Below are positions 18,389-27,322 of a stretch of DNA of 32,000 nt, in pieces. Under the pieces are notes generated by a model. The model saw nothing but the letters and a program-made list of their open reading frames with translations. It made no database searches and was not told the origin of the DNA. A program made the translations under genes and the position numbers. Location: contig NC_010628.1 in the NCBI RefSeq assembly GCF_000020025.1, positions 3,300,001 to 3,332,000 of the forward strand, in the 5' to 3' direction. Source of the stretch: Nostoc punctiforme PCC 73102 (GTDB lineage: Bacteria; Cyanobacteriota; Cyanobacteriia; Cyanobacteriales; Nostocaceae). Numbering within the stretch: the stretch's first letter is position 1; each line of letters opens with the position of its first letter.

Positions 18389-18846
18389 TATTATAAAATA
18401 AGCTCTTTAGGGATTTTAAATGGTTGCTCTATTTACGCCGTGGCGTACTAGTTAGATACCTAAATCTCTAAACCGACGCACCTCCTGATATGAACGTGGA
18501 CTTATAGAGTCGTAAACCATTTACAGACTCTACCCTTGGCTTGCTGTTAACCCTGAGCAGCTTAACACATAATACTTTACAGTATTAAAGAATACGTGAT
18601 ATTTTCTACACACCTGCGGGAGATTAGATATTATCGAGTTGCATACATTCACAAACCTGTCAGCACAAGAAACTCGTTCGCTGTGTAGAGGCAATACAGG
18701 AATCAAAATATCCCAAAGGCGTTGGTGATGGTGAAGTTCTAGCTACCTCAAGAAATTATTGACCGGAATCTGTGGGTAGATATATGACAATCAACCTGAA
18801 AGCACGTTTAAGATTTAAGTAAAGAAATATTTCGTAGCTTACAGGC

Positions 18847-21800
18847 ATGAAACGCATCGTCTTGGTTGCTGGGTTTGAATCATTCAACGCTGACTTGTAC
18901 AGGAAAGCAGCTTTTTTGGCTAACTCTCGCTGTCCTGAGTTGGATATTCGGGTATTTAGCGATCGCAATATTACCAGTCAACGCGCCGAAGTAGAAGCAG
19001 CACTTGATGGGGCTGATGCATTTTTCGGTAGCCTACTATTTGATTATGACCAGGTTGTGTGGCTGCGCGATCGCATTGCCCAAATTCCCATTCGGCTAGT
19101 GTTTGAGTCAGCCTTGGAATTGATGAGTTTAACCAAGTTGGGCGACTTTGCCATTGGCGACAAACCAAAAGGAATGCCCAAACCAGTTAAATTCATCCTC
19201 GACAAATTTAGCAAAGGTCGAGAAGAAGACAAACTTGCTGGTTACATCAGCTTCTTAAAGATTGGCCCCAAACTACTGAAATATGTCCCAGTGCAAAAAG
19301 TCCAAGACTTACGCAACTGGTTAATTATCTATGGTTACTGGAATGCTGGCGGGCCAGAAAACGTAGCCTCATTATTCTGGACACTAGCAGAAAAATATTT
19401 AAATTTAAAAGTCGGCGACATTCCCCCGTTAATCGAAACCCCCAACATCGGATTACTCCACCCCGATTATCAAGGATTTTTTGAATCCCCCCGCGAGTAT
19501 TTGGAATGGTATAAAACCCATTGTAGAGACGCGATTCATCGCGTCTCTACAAAACCGATTATCGGTATTCTCCTCTACCGAAAACACGTCATCACAAAAC
19601 TACCCTACATTCCCCAACTAATTCGTAGTTTTGAAAAAGCCGGGTTAACTCCTTTACCCATCTTCATCAACGGCGTAGAAGGACACGTGGCGGTACGAGA
19701 TTTGATGACAACCGACTATGAAATTCAGCAACGACAACTAGGTAATATAGAGACTCCCTCACTATCAAGTGAAGCAGTTAAAGTAGATGCGATCGTTTCA
19801 ACAATTGGCTTTCCTCTCGTGGGTGGCCCAGCTGGTTCAATGGAAGCAGGCCGCCAAATAGAAGTAGCAAAGCGCATCCTCACTGCCAAGAATGTACCTT
19901 ATATTGTTGCTGCACCACTATTAATTCAAGATATTCACTCGTGGACACGCCAGGGTGTGGGCGGATTGCAAAGTGTGGTGTTGTATGCCTTACCAGAATT
20001 GGATGGCGCTATTGATACCATTCCTCTCGGTGGGTTAGTGGGCGAAAATATTTATCTGGTTCCTGAACGGGTGCAGCGATTAATTGATAGGGTGAAAAGC
20101 TGGGTGTCTTTGCGGCAAAAACCTGCTTCAGAACGCAAAATTGCCATTATATTATATGGATTTCCTCCAGGTTATGGTGCTGTAGGCACAGCTGCATTAT
20201 TAAATGTGCCGCGTAGTTTGCTGAAGTTTCTCCACGCACTTAAAGAACAAGGTTACACCGTCGGAGATTTACCGGAAGATGGAGAAGAATTGATTTGCTG
20301 GGTGAAAGAGGCGGATGAATCTAATCCTCTTGTGGGGCAGTCGTCTCGCCTGCCCCTAGACAATGGCGGGCAGGATGCCCACCCCACTAGTACTGTTAAC
20401 GCCCGTACCTTAGAAAAATGGTTGGGATATCTGCAAACTTCCCGCATCGAAAAACAATGGAAATCTCTCACGGGAACTGGTATTAAAACTTATGGCGATG
20501 AGTTTCAAATTGGCGGTGTGCAATTAGGAAATGTGTGGATAGGTGTACAACCACCTTTGGGGATACAAGGCGACCCGATGCGCTTAATGTTTGAACGGGA
20601 TTTAACGCCTCATCCACAATATGCTGCTTATTATAAATGGCTGCAAAATGAGTTTGAAGCTGATGCTATAGTTCACTTTGGGATGCACGGAACGGTGGAA
20701 TGGTTGCCTGGTTCTCCGTTGGGCAATACGGGTTATTCTTGGTCGGATATTTTGTTAGGAAACTTGCCTAATCTATATATATATGCGGCGAATAATCCTT
20801 CTGAATCGATGTTGGCGAAACGTCGCGGTTATGGTGTGTTGATTTCTCATAATGTGCCTCCTTATGGGCGGGCAGGTTTGTATAAGGAATTGGTGGCGTT
20901 GCGGGATTTGATTTCGGAGTATCGGGAAGATCCGCAGAAGAATTATGTTTTGAAGGAAGGGATTTGTAAAAAGATTGTGGACTCTGGGTTGGATGCAGAT
21001 TGTCCGTTTGAAAATGCGAAGAAGTTGGGGATTGCGTTTACTCCAGAGAATGTGCGGATGTTTAGCGGTCATGCTTTTGATGCTTATTTGGTGGAGTTAT
21101 ATGAATATTTGCAGGTTTTAGAGAATCGGTTGTTTTCTTCGGGGTTGCATACTTTGGGGGAAAAGCCGAGTGAGGAGGAGTTGGGGTCTTATTTGGAGGC
21201 TTATTTTGGGGATGAGGAAGAAGGAAACGAACCGCAGAGGCGCGGAGAACACAGAGAGAAGAGAGAAGAGGAGGAAAGATTATTAAGGGATTTGTTGATG
21301 CAATCTACGGATGAGTTAACGAATTTGTTGAGGGGGTTGAATGGGGAGTATATTCCGCCTGCGCCTGGTGGGGATTTGTTACGGGATGGGGCTGGTGTTT
21401 TGCCAACTGGGAGGAATATTCATGCTTTAGATCCTTATCGGATGCCTTCACCTGCTGCTTATGAACGGGGACGAGAAATTGCTCAAAAAATTATCGCCCA
21501 GCATTTGGATGAACATGGGAAATATCCAGAAACGGTGGCGGTAATGCTTTGGGGATTGGATGCGATTAAAACGAAGGGTGAATCTTTGGGGATTCTGTTG
21601 GAATTGCTGGGGGCTGAACCTGTTAAGGAAGGAACTGGTAGAGTTGTTCGTTATGAGTTGAAGCCGTTGGCTGAGGTTGGACATCCCCGCATTGATGTGT
21701 TGGGTAATTTGTCTGGGATTTTCCGGGATAGTTTTGTAAATATTATCGAATTATTAGATGATTTATTTCAACGGGCGGCTGATGCTGATGAACCGGAAGA

Positions 21801-22581
21801 TCGGAATTTTATTAGAAGACACGCTTTAGCTTTAAAAGCCCAAGGTGTGGAAAATGCATCGGCGAGATTGTTTTCTAATCCGGCGGGTGATTTTGGTTCT
21901 TTGGTGAATGATAAGGTGGTTGATGGTAACTGGGAATCTGGTGAGGAGTTAGGCAATACTTGGCAAAGCCGCAATGTATTCAGCTACGGGAGAGAGGATA
22001 AAGGTCAAGCTAGACCGGAAGTGTTGAATACGTTGTTAAAAACTAGCGATCGCATTGTTCAAGAAATCGATTCGGTAGAATATGGTTTAACTGATATTCA
22101 AGAATATTACGCTAATACTGGCGGTTTGAAAAAAGCAGCAGAGAAACAAGGCGGTAAGAAGGTTACAACCAGCTTTGTGGAAAGTTTCTCGAAGGATACT
22201 ACACCCCGCAATTTGGATGATTTGCTGCGAATGGAGTATCGCACTAAGTTGGTAAATCCCAAATGGGCGCAAGCGATGGCGAATCAAGGTTCTGGTGGTG
22301 CTTTTGAAATTTCCCAACGGATGACGGCGTTGATTGGTTGGGGTGGTACTGCCGATTTTGCCGATGATTGGGTTTATGACCAAGCGGCTGATACTTATGC
22401 ATTAGATGCAGAGATGGCGGAAAAGTTACGCAAGGCAAATCCTGAAGCTTTTCGCAATATTTTAGGGAGAATGTTGGAGGCGCATGGGCGCGGTTTCTGG
22501 GAAGCTGATGGTGAGAAGTTAGATAAGTTGCGGCAATTATATGAGTTGACAGATGAGGAGTTGGAAGGCGTGACGGTTTAG
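18847..22581 (+). CDS. bchH: Magnesium chelatase subunit H family protein (ChlH/BchH paralog, CobN/Mg-chelatase superfamily), 1244 aa
   Basis: Motifs HFGMHGTVEWLPG and YIYAANNPSESMLAKRRGYG, plus the N-terminal region LVFESALELMSLTKLGDF, resemble ChlH/BchH more than CobN, as I recall them. It is shorter than canonical cyanobacterial ChlH (about 1330 aa). Confidence 0.8.
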   Translation: MKRIVLVAGFESFNADLYRKAAFLANSRCPELDIRVFSDRNITSQRAEVEAALDGADAFFGSLLFDYDQVVWLRDRIAQIPIRLVFESALELMSLTKLGDFAIGDKPKGMPKPVKFILDKFSKGREEDKLAGYISFLKIGPKLLKYVPVQKVQDLRNWLIIYGYWNAGGPENVASLFWTLAEKYLNLKVGDIPPLIETPNIGLLHPDYQGFFESPREYLEWYKTHCRDAIHRVSTKPIIGILLYRKHVITKLPYIPQLIRSFEKAGLTPLPIFINGVEGHVAVRDLMTTDYEIQQRQLGNIETPSLSSEAVKVDAIVSTIGFPLVGGPAGSMEAGRQIEVAKRILTAKNVPYIVAAPLLIQDIHSWTRQGVGGLQSVVLYALPELDGAIDTIPLGGLVGENIYLVPERVQRLIDRVKSWVSLRQKPASERKIAIILYGFPPGYGAVGTAALLNVPRSLLKFLHALKEQGYTVGDLPEDGEELICWVKEADESNPLVGQSSRLPLDNGGQDAHPTSTVNARTLEKWLGYLQTSRIEKQWKSLTGTGIKTYGDEFQIGGVQLGNVWIGVQPPLGIQGDPMRLMFERDLTPHPQYAAYYKWLQNEFEADAIVHFGMHGTVEWLPGSPLGNTGYSWSDILLGNLPNLYIYAANNPSESMLAKRRGYGVLISHNVPPYGRAGLYKELVALRDLISEYREDPQKNYVLKEGICKKIVDSGLDADCPFENAKKLGIAFTPENVRMFSGHAFDAYLVELYEYLQVLENRLFSSGLHTLGEKPSEEELGSYLEAYFGDEEEGNEPQRRGEHREKREEEERLLRDLLMQSTDELTNLLRGLNGEYIPPAPGGDLLRDGAGVLPTGRNIHALDPYRMPSPAAYERGREIAQKIIAQHLDEHGKYPETVAVMLWGLDAIKTKGESLGILLELLGAEPVKEGTGRVVRYELKPLAEVGHPRIDVLGNLSGIFRDSFVNIIELLDDLFQRAADADEPEDRNFIRRHALALKAQGVENASARLFSNPAGDFGSLVNDKVVDGNWESGEELGNTWQSRNVFSYGREDKGQARPEVLNTLLKTSDRIVQEIDSVEYGLTDIQEYYANTGGLKKAAEKQGGKKVTTSFVESFSKDTTPRNLDDLLRMEYRTKLVNPKWAQAMANQGSGGAFEISQRMTALIGWGGTADFADDWVYDQAADTYALDAEMAEKLRKANPEAFRNILGRMLEAHGRGFWEADGEKLDKLRQLYELTDEELEGVTV
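19521..19552. repeat. Perfect 32-nt palindromic short dispersed repeat lying in-frame inside the chelatase CDS
   Basis: ttgtagagacgcgat-tc-atcgcgtctctacaa has 15-nt arms that are exact reverse complements. It translates as CRDAIHRVST. Confidence 0.85.
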
Positions 22582-22615
22582 AAGGTAGATGCGTTAAAAG
22601 TTCAAATAAAAATTA

Positions 22616-22646
22616 TTGTAGAGACGGCGATTTATCGCGTCTTTGC
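22616..22646. repeat. Degenerate copy of the same palindromic repeat, 35 nt after the chelatase stop (possible terminator hairpin)
   Basis: ttgtagagacggcgatttatcgcgtctttgc shares gtagagacg..cgat..atcgcgtct with 19521-19552. Confidence 0.5.
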
Positions 22647-22667
22647 TTAACCGAACCGTATTGAAAG

Positions 22668-22695
22668 CGATGTCTACGACGGGCTACGCCTACGC
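22668..22695. repeat. 28-nt dispersed repeat, copy 1 (intergenic)
   Basis: cgatgtctacgacgggctacgcctacgc is identical to 31045-31072. Confidence 0.9.
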
Positions 22696-22725
22696 TATTA
22701 CGCTTGAAGTTGTAAAAATTTAAAC

Positions 22726-22977
22726 CTTTGCAGCTAAGATTGCTTCATGTATAAGAAAAGCTTAAGTTTTTCTTGTAAATGTATAAGCCGTTGCTGCAAA
22801 TGCTTAATACTTTGCAACAAATGCTTCTCCATGTATAAGAAAGACTTAAGTTTTTCTTGCAAACATATAAGTCTCTGCTGCAATTGTTCAATGCTTTGCA
22901 GCTAAGATTAGTTCATGTATAAGAAAGGCTTAAATCATTGCAGCATTTGTTGTAACGAACTTATAAATCTATTTATT
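22726..22977. repeat. Three tandem copies of a diverged 84-bp unit (intergenic)
   Basis: Units start with ctttgca at 22726, 22810 and 22894, an exact 84-nt period. Each unit contains TTTGCAGC / GCTGCAA half-sites and (C)ATGTATAAG motifs. Unit 3 diverges after about 40 nt. Confidence 0.75.
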
Positions 22978-23013
22978 ACCTGAAATAAAATATGGCCTAA
23001 GTGAAATTAACTA

Positions 23014-24751
23014 GGGCTTGCTGAAAAAAAAGAAAAGGTTGCAGTCTCTAGATTCTCAGACCAAAGAAGTATATTCAGGTGCAAGACAAGAAGGTAAAAT
23101 AGCCCAAAATCCTTGCATCACAGTGGTTCGTCGCAGCATAGTGTATCATTATTAACTATGTACTGAAAAGAAGAATCAACTCCAATTCCAGCAGAAAGTT
23201 TTGAGCTTCCATTTGAGGGAAAGTTATCATCAGATAATCGTTGGGTAATTATGGCCGATTTAATACCCTGGACAGAATTTGAGTCGGAATATTCTGCCGG
23301 ATTCTCCGCAGAGATAGGGGCACCAGCAAAGTCATTTCGGATGGCGTTAGGTGCATTAATAATTAAAGAGAAACTAAGTATAAGCGACAGGGAAACAGTA
23401 GAGCAAATCAAGGAGAATCCTTATTTACAGTACTTTATAGGGATGTCATCTTATAGTAACAAAACTCCATTTGACGCATCCATGTTAGTACATTTTCGAG
23501 AAAGAATCAGTGCAGAACTAGTCAATAATGTGAATCAAGAAATGGTTAAGAAGATGCTAGAGTTAGCATCTTCTATTGACACCGAAAAAAAACAGAAGAC
23601 GCTCGCGAACTCGCTAACGCTGCGCTATCGACAGAAAAAGCAGCAGAACAAGGTAATACGCTAAGAAATCGAGGGAAATTAATATTAGATGCGACTTGTG
23701 TGCCTAGTGATATCAGCTATCCAACAGATTTAAACCTATTAAATCAAGCGAGAAAACAGACAGAAAGAATAATTGACTTGCTTTATGAACAGATAAAGGG
23801 AATATTAGAGAAAAAACCAAGGACTTACCGAGAAATAGCTAGGAAAGACTACTTAGAAGTAGCTAAAAAACGTCGTGTATCTCAAAAAGAGAGGAGAAAA
23901 GCGATTAAAAAACAACTCCAATATATTAAAAGAAACTTATCCTATATTGACCAGCTAATTGTAGCAGGAGCATCTCTAAAAAGTTTAACTAATAGACAAT
24001 ATAAGATGTTGCTGGTAGTCGCAGAAGTATATCGTCAACAACTATGGCTGTATGAAAATAAAAAGCAGAGCATTGATGACCGTATTGTAAGTTTAAGCCA
24101 ACCACATATCCGTCCAATTGTCCGAGGAAAAGCGGGTAAAGCCGTGGAATTTGGCGCTAAACTATCTGCTAGTTACTTTGATGGATATGCATTTTTAGAC
24201 CATATTAGATGGGATAACTTTAATGAATCAGGAGACTTAAAAACACAAATAGAATCCTTTAAAAACTACACTGGATATTATCCAGAATCTGTTCATGTTG
24301 ATAAAATTTATCGCAAAGCGAGAAAACCGATCTTGGTGCAAAGAAAGAGGTATTAGAATCAGTGGAGTTCCTTTAGGAAGACCGCCAAAAAATGTGAGTA
24401 AAGAAAAAAAGAAGCAAGCTTTACAAGATGAGAGGATTCGTAATTGTATTGAAGGCAAATTTGGACAAGCTAAAAGAAGATTTAGCTTGAGTAGAGTAAT
24501 GGCGAAACTTCCTCATACAACTCTAACTGTGATTGCTATTACTTTTTTAGTCATGAATCTTTCTACTCACCTGTCACGGTTTTTTTGTGCCTTTTTATGT
24601 CTATTTTGGAAAAATAGACATTTTTTAGCGATTGACATAACCAAGCATTATGATTTTGCTAGCTATAGGCAACAAAAACTTATCTTTGACCTTGCTTAAA
24701 TAACTAGTCAACCCAAAAGAATTGCTTTTTTATGACTTTTTCAGCAAGCCC
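23014..24751 (+). mobile_element. IS5-like insertion sequence (1738 bp) with perfect 15-bp IRs and a 6-bp direct repeat
   Basis: IR gggcttgctgaaaaa (23014-23028) against tttttcagcaagccc (24737-24751). TAACTA sits immediately outside both ends (23008-23013 and 24752-24757), consistent with a target-site duplication. Confidence 0.8.
23251..24699 (+). pseudogene. IS5-family-type transposase (InsH/DUF772 N-terminal + DDE_Tnp_1-like), in three frames
   Basis: ORFs 23251-23664, 23700-24356 and 24295-24699. The second frame is actually open from 23580, so the first change is a -1 shift at the A8 run 23585-23592. The second is a +1 change near the A3 at 24315-24317 (…VHVDKIYR / KRENRSWCKERGIRISG…). 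Confidence 0.8.
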
Positions 24752-24861
24752 TAACTAAACTTTGAGAAATGCGATCGCAACTGATTTGCTATATTTCCCT
24801 ATGACAATTAGAAGTATTTTGGTATAAAACACTACCAGTAATCTAGTGGCAGAGATGCATT

Positions 24862-25308
24862 ATGGCACGTCGTAAAAGAAATTCCAGCGTTTTAGAACGA
24901 GCCGATCGCCGGATTGAAAGTTTGCAATCTATTAGTGTACAACTTGACTTTGGCCAAGGATTGACTATACAAGCTTACACCGTGACAATTAACGATCTCC
25001 GGTCTAAGCTTGCTGCTTACAACACTGCATTATCTACCATTGACAAACTTACAGATGACGTGAATAACGCAGAAAAGGCTGTAATAGCGATGTCAGAAAA
25101 AATGTTACTAGCAGTTGGCAGCCGTTACGGTAAAACCAGCCCAGAATACGAGATGGCGGGTGGTGCTAGACGAGGTACTACTAAGAAGAAGCAAAGCGTA
25201 CTAGGCAATTCCAAACCTAGCAATTCTTTAGCAGCTGATTCTGTGAAAGTTTCTTCTGCAAATGGATTTATGAATGGGGTATCGGGTGCGGGTGCGATCG
25301 GGAGTTAA
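24862..25308 (+). CDS. Hypothetical protein (148 aa): basic N-terminus, helical core, Gly/Ser/Asn-rich C-terminal tail
   Basis: ATG-initiated ORF with no competing ORF. I recognise no family motif. Confidence 0.55.
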   Translation: MARRKRNSSVLERADRRIESLQSISVQLDFGQGLTIQAYTVTINDLRSKLAAYNTALSTIDKLTDDVNNAEKAVIAMSEKMLLAVGSRYGKTSPEYEMAGGARRGTTKKKQSVLGNSKPSNSLAADSVKVSSANGFMNGVSGAGAIGS

Positions 25309-25450
25309 TTAATTACACAATGTCATTGGGGAGCATCCCAAATGTGTAAAAACATATTTTGTCATTACGCTCGCAATGACTGTAATTAATTTTAAATAGT
25401 TACTTATTTGACATCGAAGATATTCTTTAAGTTGAGCGCAGCCTGTTAAT

Positions 25451-25640
25451 CAATACGGTTTGGTTAACGTGTTTATTCCTCGAAGATCCCCCCAACCCCC
25501 CTTAAAAAGGGGGGCTTAAAACCCTCTTTATACCCCGAAGATGCCCCCAACCCCCCTTAAAAAGGGGGCTTAAAACCCTCTTTATACCCCCTTTTTAAGG
25601 GGGTCGCCGTAGGCGGGGGGATCTTAACCGAACCCTATTG
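25451..25640. repeat. MITE-like composite repeat (about 190 bp) with terminal inverted repeats and an internal tandem duplication
   Basis: caatacggtttggttaa (25451-25467) against the reverse complement of ttaaccgaaccctattg (25624-25640), 15/17 matched. Inside are two roughly 54-nt tandem copies of c(c/t)cgaagat(c/g)cccccaaccccccttaaaaagggg(g)gcttaaaaccctctttata, plus the hairpin ccccctttttaaggggg. Confidence 0.6.
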
Positions 25641-25734
25641 GCCCGCCTACTTCGTTTGTAAGACAGACAACATAGAAAGAATTGAGCGTTTTATGGTGTA
25701 GTATATAAAACAGCGCTTAAAAGTCCTCGGTCAA

Positions 25735-26205
25735 TTGAATACTATGGTTGCAGACCCCAGCATAGATTTTCATAGGTATCTAGAATCTGTGAGCGAGGAT
25801 GAGACATATAGATATTGGCAAGATTTATACACGCCAACTAATGCCCTAGACCGTCAAAGACTTGAACCAAAAAACTCGCGCAGACGCTTAGATTTGAGTT
25901 TGATGGTGCAAACAGTACCACAGCAACGAAAAGGTGAAGCACCAGACAGAGAAAAAATTGAACGGTTGAATATCCTCGAAGGGTTACGGAAGTATGCGCC
26001 CGACCATGTATTGCTAGTAGGAAAACCGGGTTCAGGGAAATCTACAGCTTTAGAACGTTTGTTGTGGGAAGAAGCCGAAAAGCGCAGGGGAGCATGGGAG
26101 CAGAGGAGAAGCGGAAAAGCTGACAAGGATTCCCGTGCTAGTAGAGTTAAGGCGCTACAAAACTTCGGTGCTAGATTTAATTCGAGACTTTTTGACTCGC
26201 CATAA
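25735..26205 (+). CDS. NACHT NTPase fragment 1 (N-terminal region + Walker A)
   Basis: P-loop LLVGKPGSGKSTALERLL. The out-of-frame tail begins after EEAEK. The start is TTG 25735 or ATG 25744. Confidence 0.7.
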   Translation: MNTMVADPSIDFHRYLESVSEDETYRYWQDLYTPTNALDRQRLEPKNSRRRLDLSLMVQTVPQQRKGEAPDREKIERLNILEGLRKYAPDHVLLVGKPGSGKSTALERLLWEEAEKRRGAWEQRRSGKADKDSRASRVKALQNFGARFNSRLFDSP

Positions 26206-27322
26206 TTTAAACCTCAGCACGGAAGAGATTGAAAATCTACTGTTTAAAGAACGATTTTTGTTACTTGTAGACGGTTTGAATGAGTTACCCAACGATGAAG
26301 CTAGACGAGATTTAGACGGATTTCGGCACAAATACCACCGAATCACGCCGATGATTTTTACTACGCGGTATTTGAGGGTGGGGGGTGATTTAGGTATTGA
26401 AAAAAAGCTGGAAATGCAACCACTCACAGAAGCGCAGATGCAGCATTTTGTCCGCGCTTATTCGCCAGAGGTGGGTGATAAAATGCTGCGACAGTTGGCT
26501 GGACGCTTGCGAGAATTGGCGGAAACGCCGTTGTTATTGTCGATGCTGTGTCAAGTATTCAATTATGCTAAACAAATTCCTACTAGTTTAGGTGAGTTGT
26601 TTCGTTGGTTCTCTGGAGAGTATCACAAACTCAAGGAAAATGTACCAATTGCTGAAGAGTTACCTAACTGGCAGGCTGATTTATTGCAGCATCTCGCATT
26701 TGTAATGATGCAAGGCGACAATTTGACTGAGTTGCGATTAACTATTTCTAAACTGCAAGCTAGGAATGTTTTAGCGAAATTTTTACGAAATGAAGAAGTA
26801 CCTTCTGCTAATGATCGTGCTAGACGCTGGCTAGATGATTTGCTCAAATATCACTTGATTCAATTGAGAACAGATAACGAAATTGAATTCCGCCACCAGC
26901 TGATTCAGGAATACTACGCCGCAGAATCTATACTCCTACAGCTTGACAATATTAGTGATGAGAAGCTGAAACGAGATTATCTAAATTGCTTGAAGTGGAC
27001 AGAACCTGTGGCGTTGATGTTAGGGTTGGTGAATGATGAAGGGCAGGCTTTACGAGTGGTGAAGTTAGCCTTAGATGTAGATTTGAAGTTAGGGGCAAGG
27101 TTGGCAGGAGAGGTAAAGCAAGAGTATCAGAAAAAAACAGTAAATTTAATTTTAGAGTTAGACATTCATAAATTACTTCAAGTTGAGTTTTTAGGTATCA
27201 CTCACTCTGAGGATGCCGTTAGTTTTTTAAATAATTCATTACAGCATGAATATTCTGATGTTCGTAAGAGAGCCGCAGATGCGTTAGGAAAATCGGCAAT
27301 GAAGCGGCGGTATCTGCCTTAA
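26135..27322 (+). CDS. NACHT NTPase fragment 2 (Walker B, NACHT helical/WH region, first HEAT unit)
   Basis: This frame is open from 26054 (…[19 protein letters not shown]…). It carries the Walker B motif [25 protein letters not shown], and ends in [18 protein letters not shown] followed by an out-of-frame tail. Confidence 0.8.
   Translation: MLVELRRYKTSVLDLIRDFLTRHNLNLSTEEIENLLFKERFLLLVDGLNELPNDEARRDLDGFRHKYHRITPMIFTTRYLRVGGDLGIEKKLEMQPLTEAQMQHFVRAYSPEVGDKMLRQLAGRLRELAETPLLLSMLCQVFNYAKQIPTSLGELFRWFSGEYHKLKENVPIAEELPNWQADLLQHLAFVMMQGDNLTELRLTISKLQARNVLAKFLRNEEVPSANDRARRWLDDLLKYHLIQLRTDNEIEFRHQLIQEYYAAESILLQLDNISDEKLKRDYLNCLKWTEPVALMLGLVNDEGQALRVVKLALDVDLKLGARLAGEVKQEYQKKTVNLILELDIHKLLQVEFLGITHSEDAVSFLNNSLQHEYSDVRKRAADALGKSAMKRRYLP

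Noticed and set aside
18400-18846. Possible cobalamin riboswitch upstream of the CobN/ChlH-family gene
   Set aside because: I could not find the conserved B12-box or the GGTG..AAATCC / GCCACTG-type core elements. The protein also looks ChlH-like rather than CobN-like.
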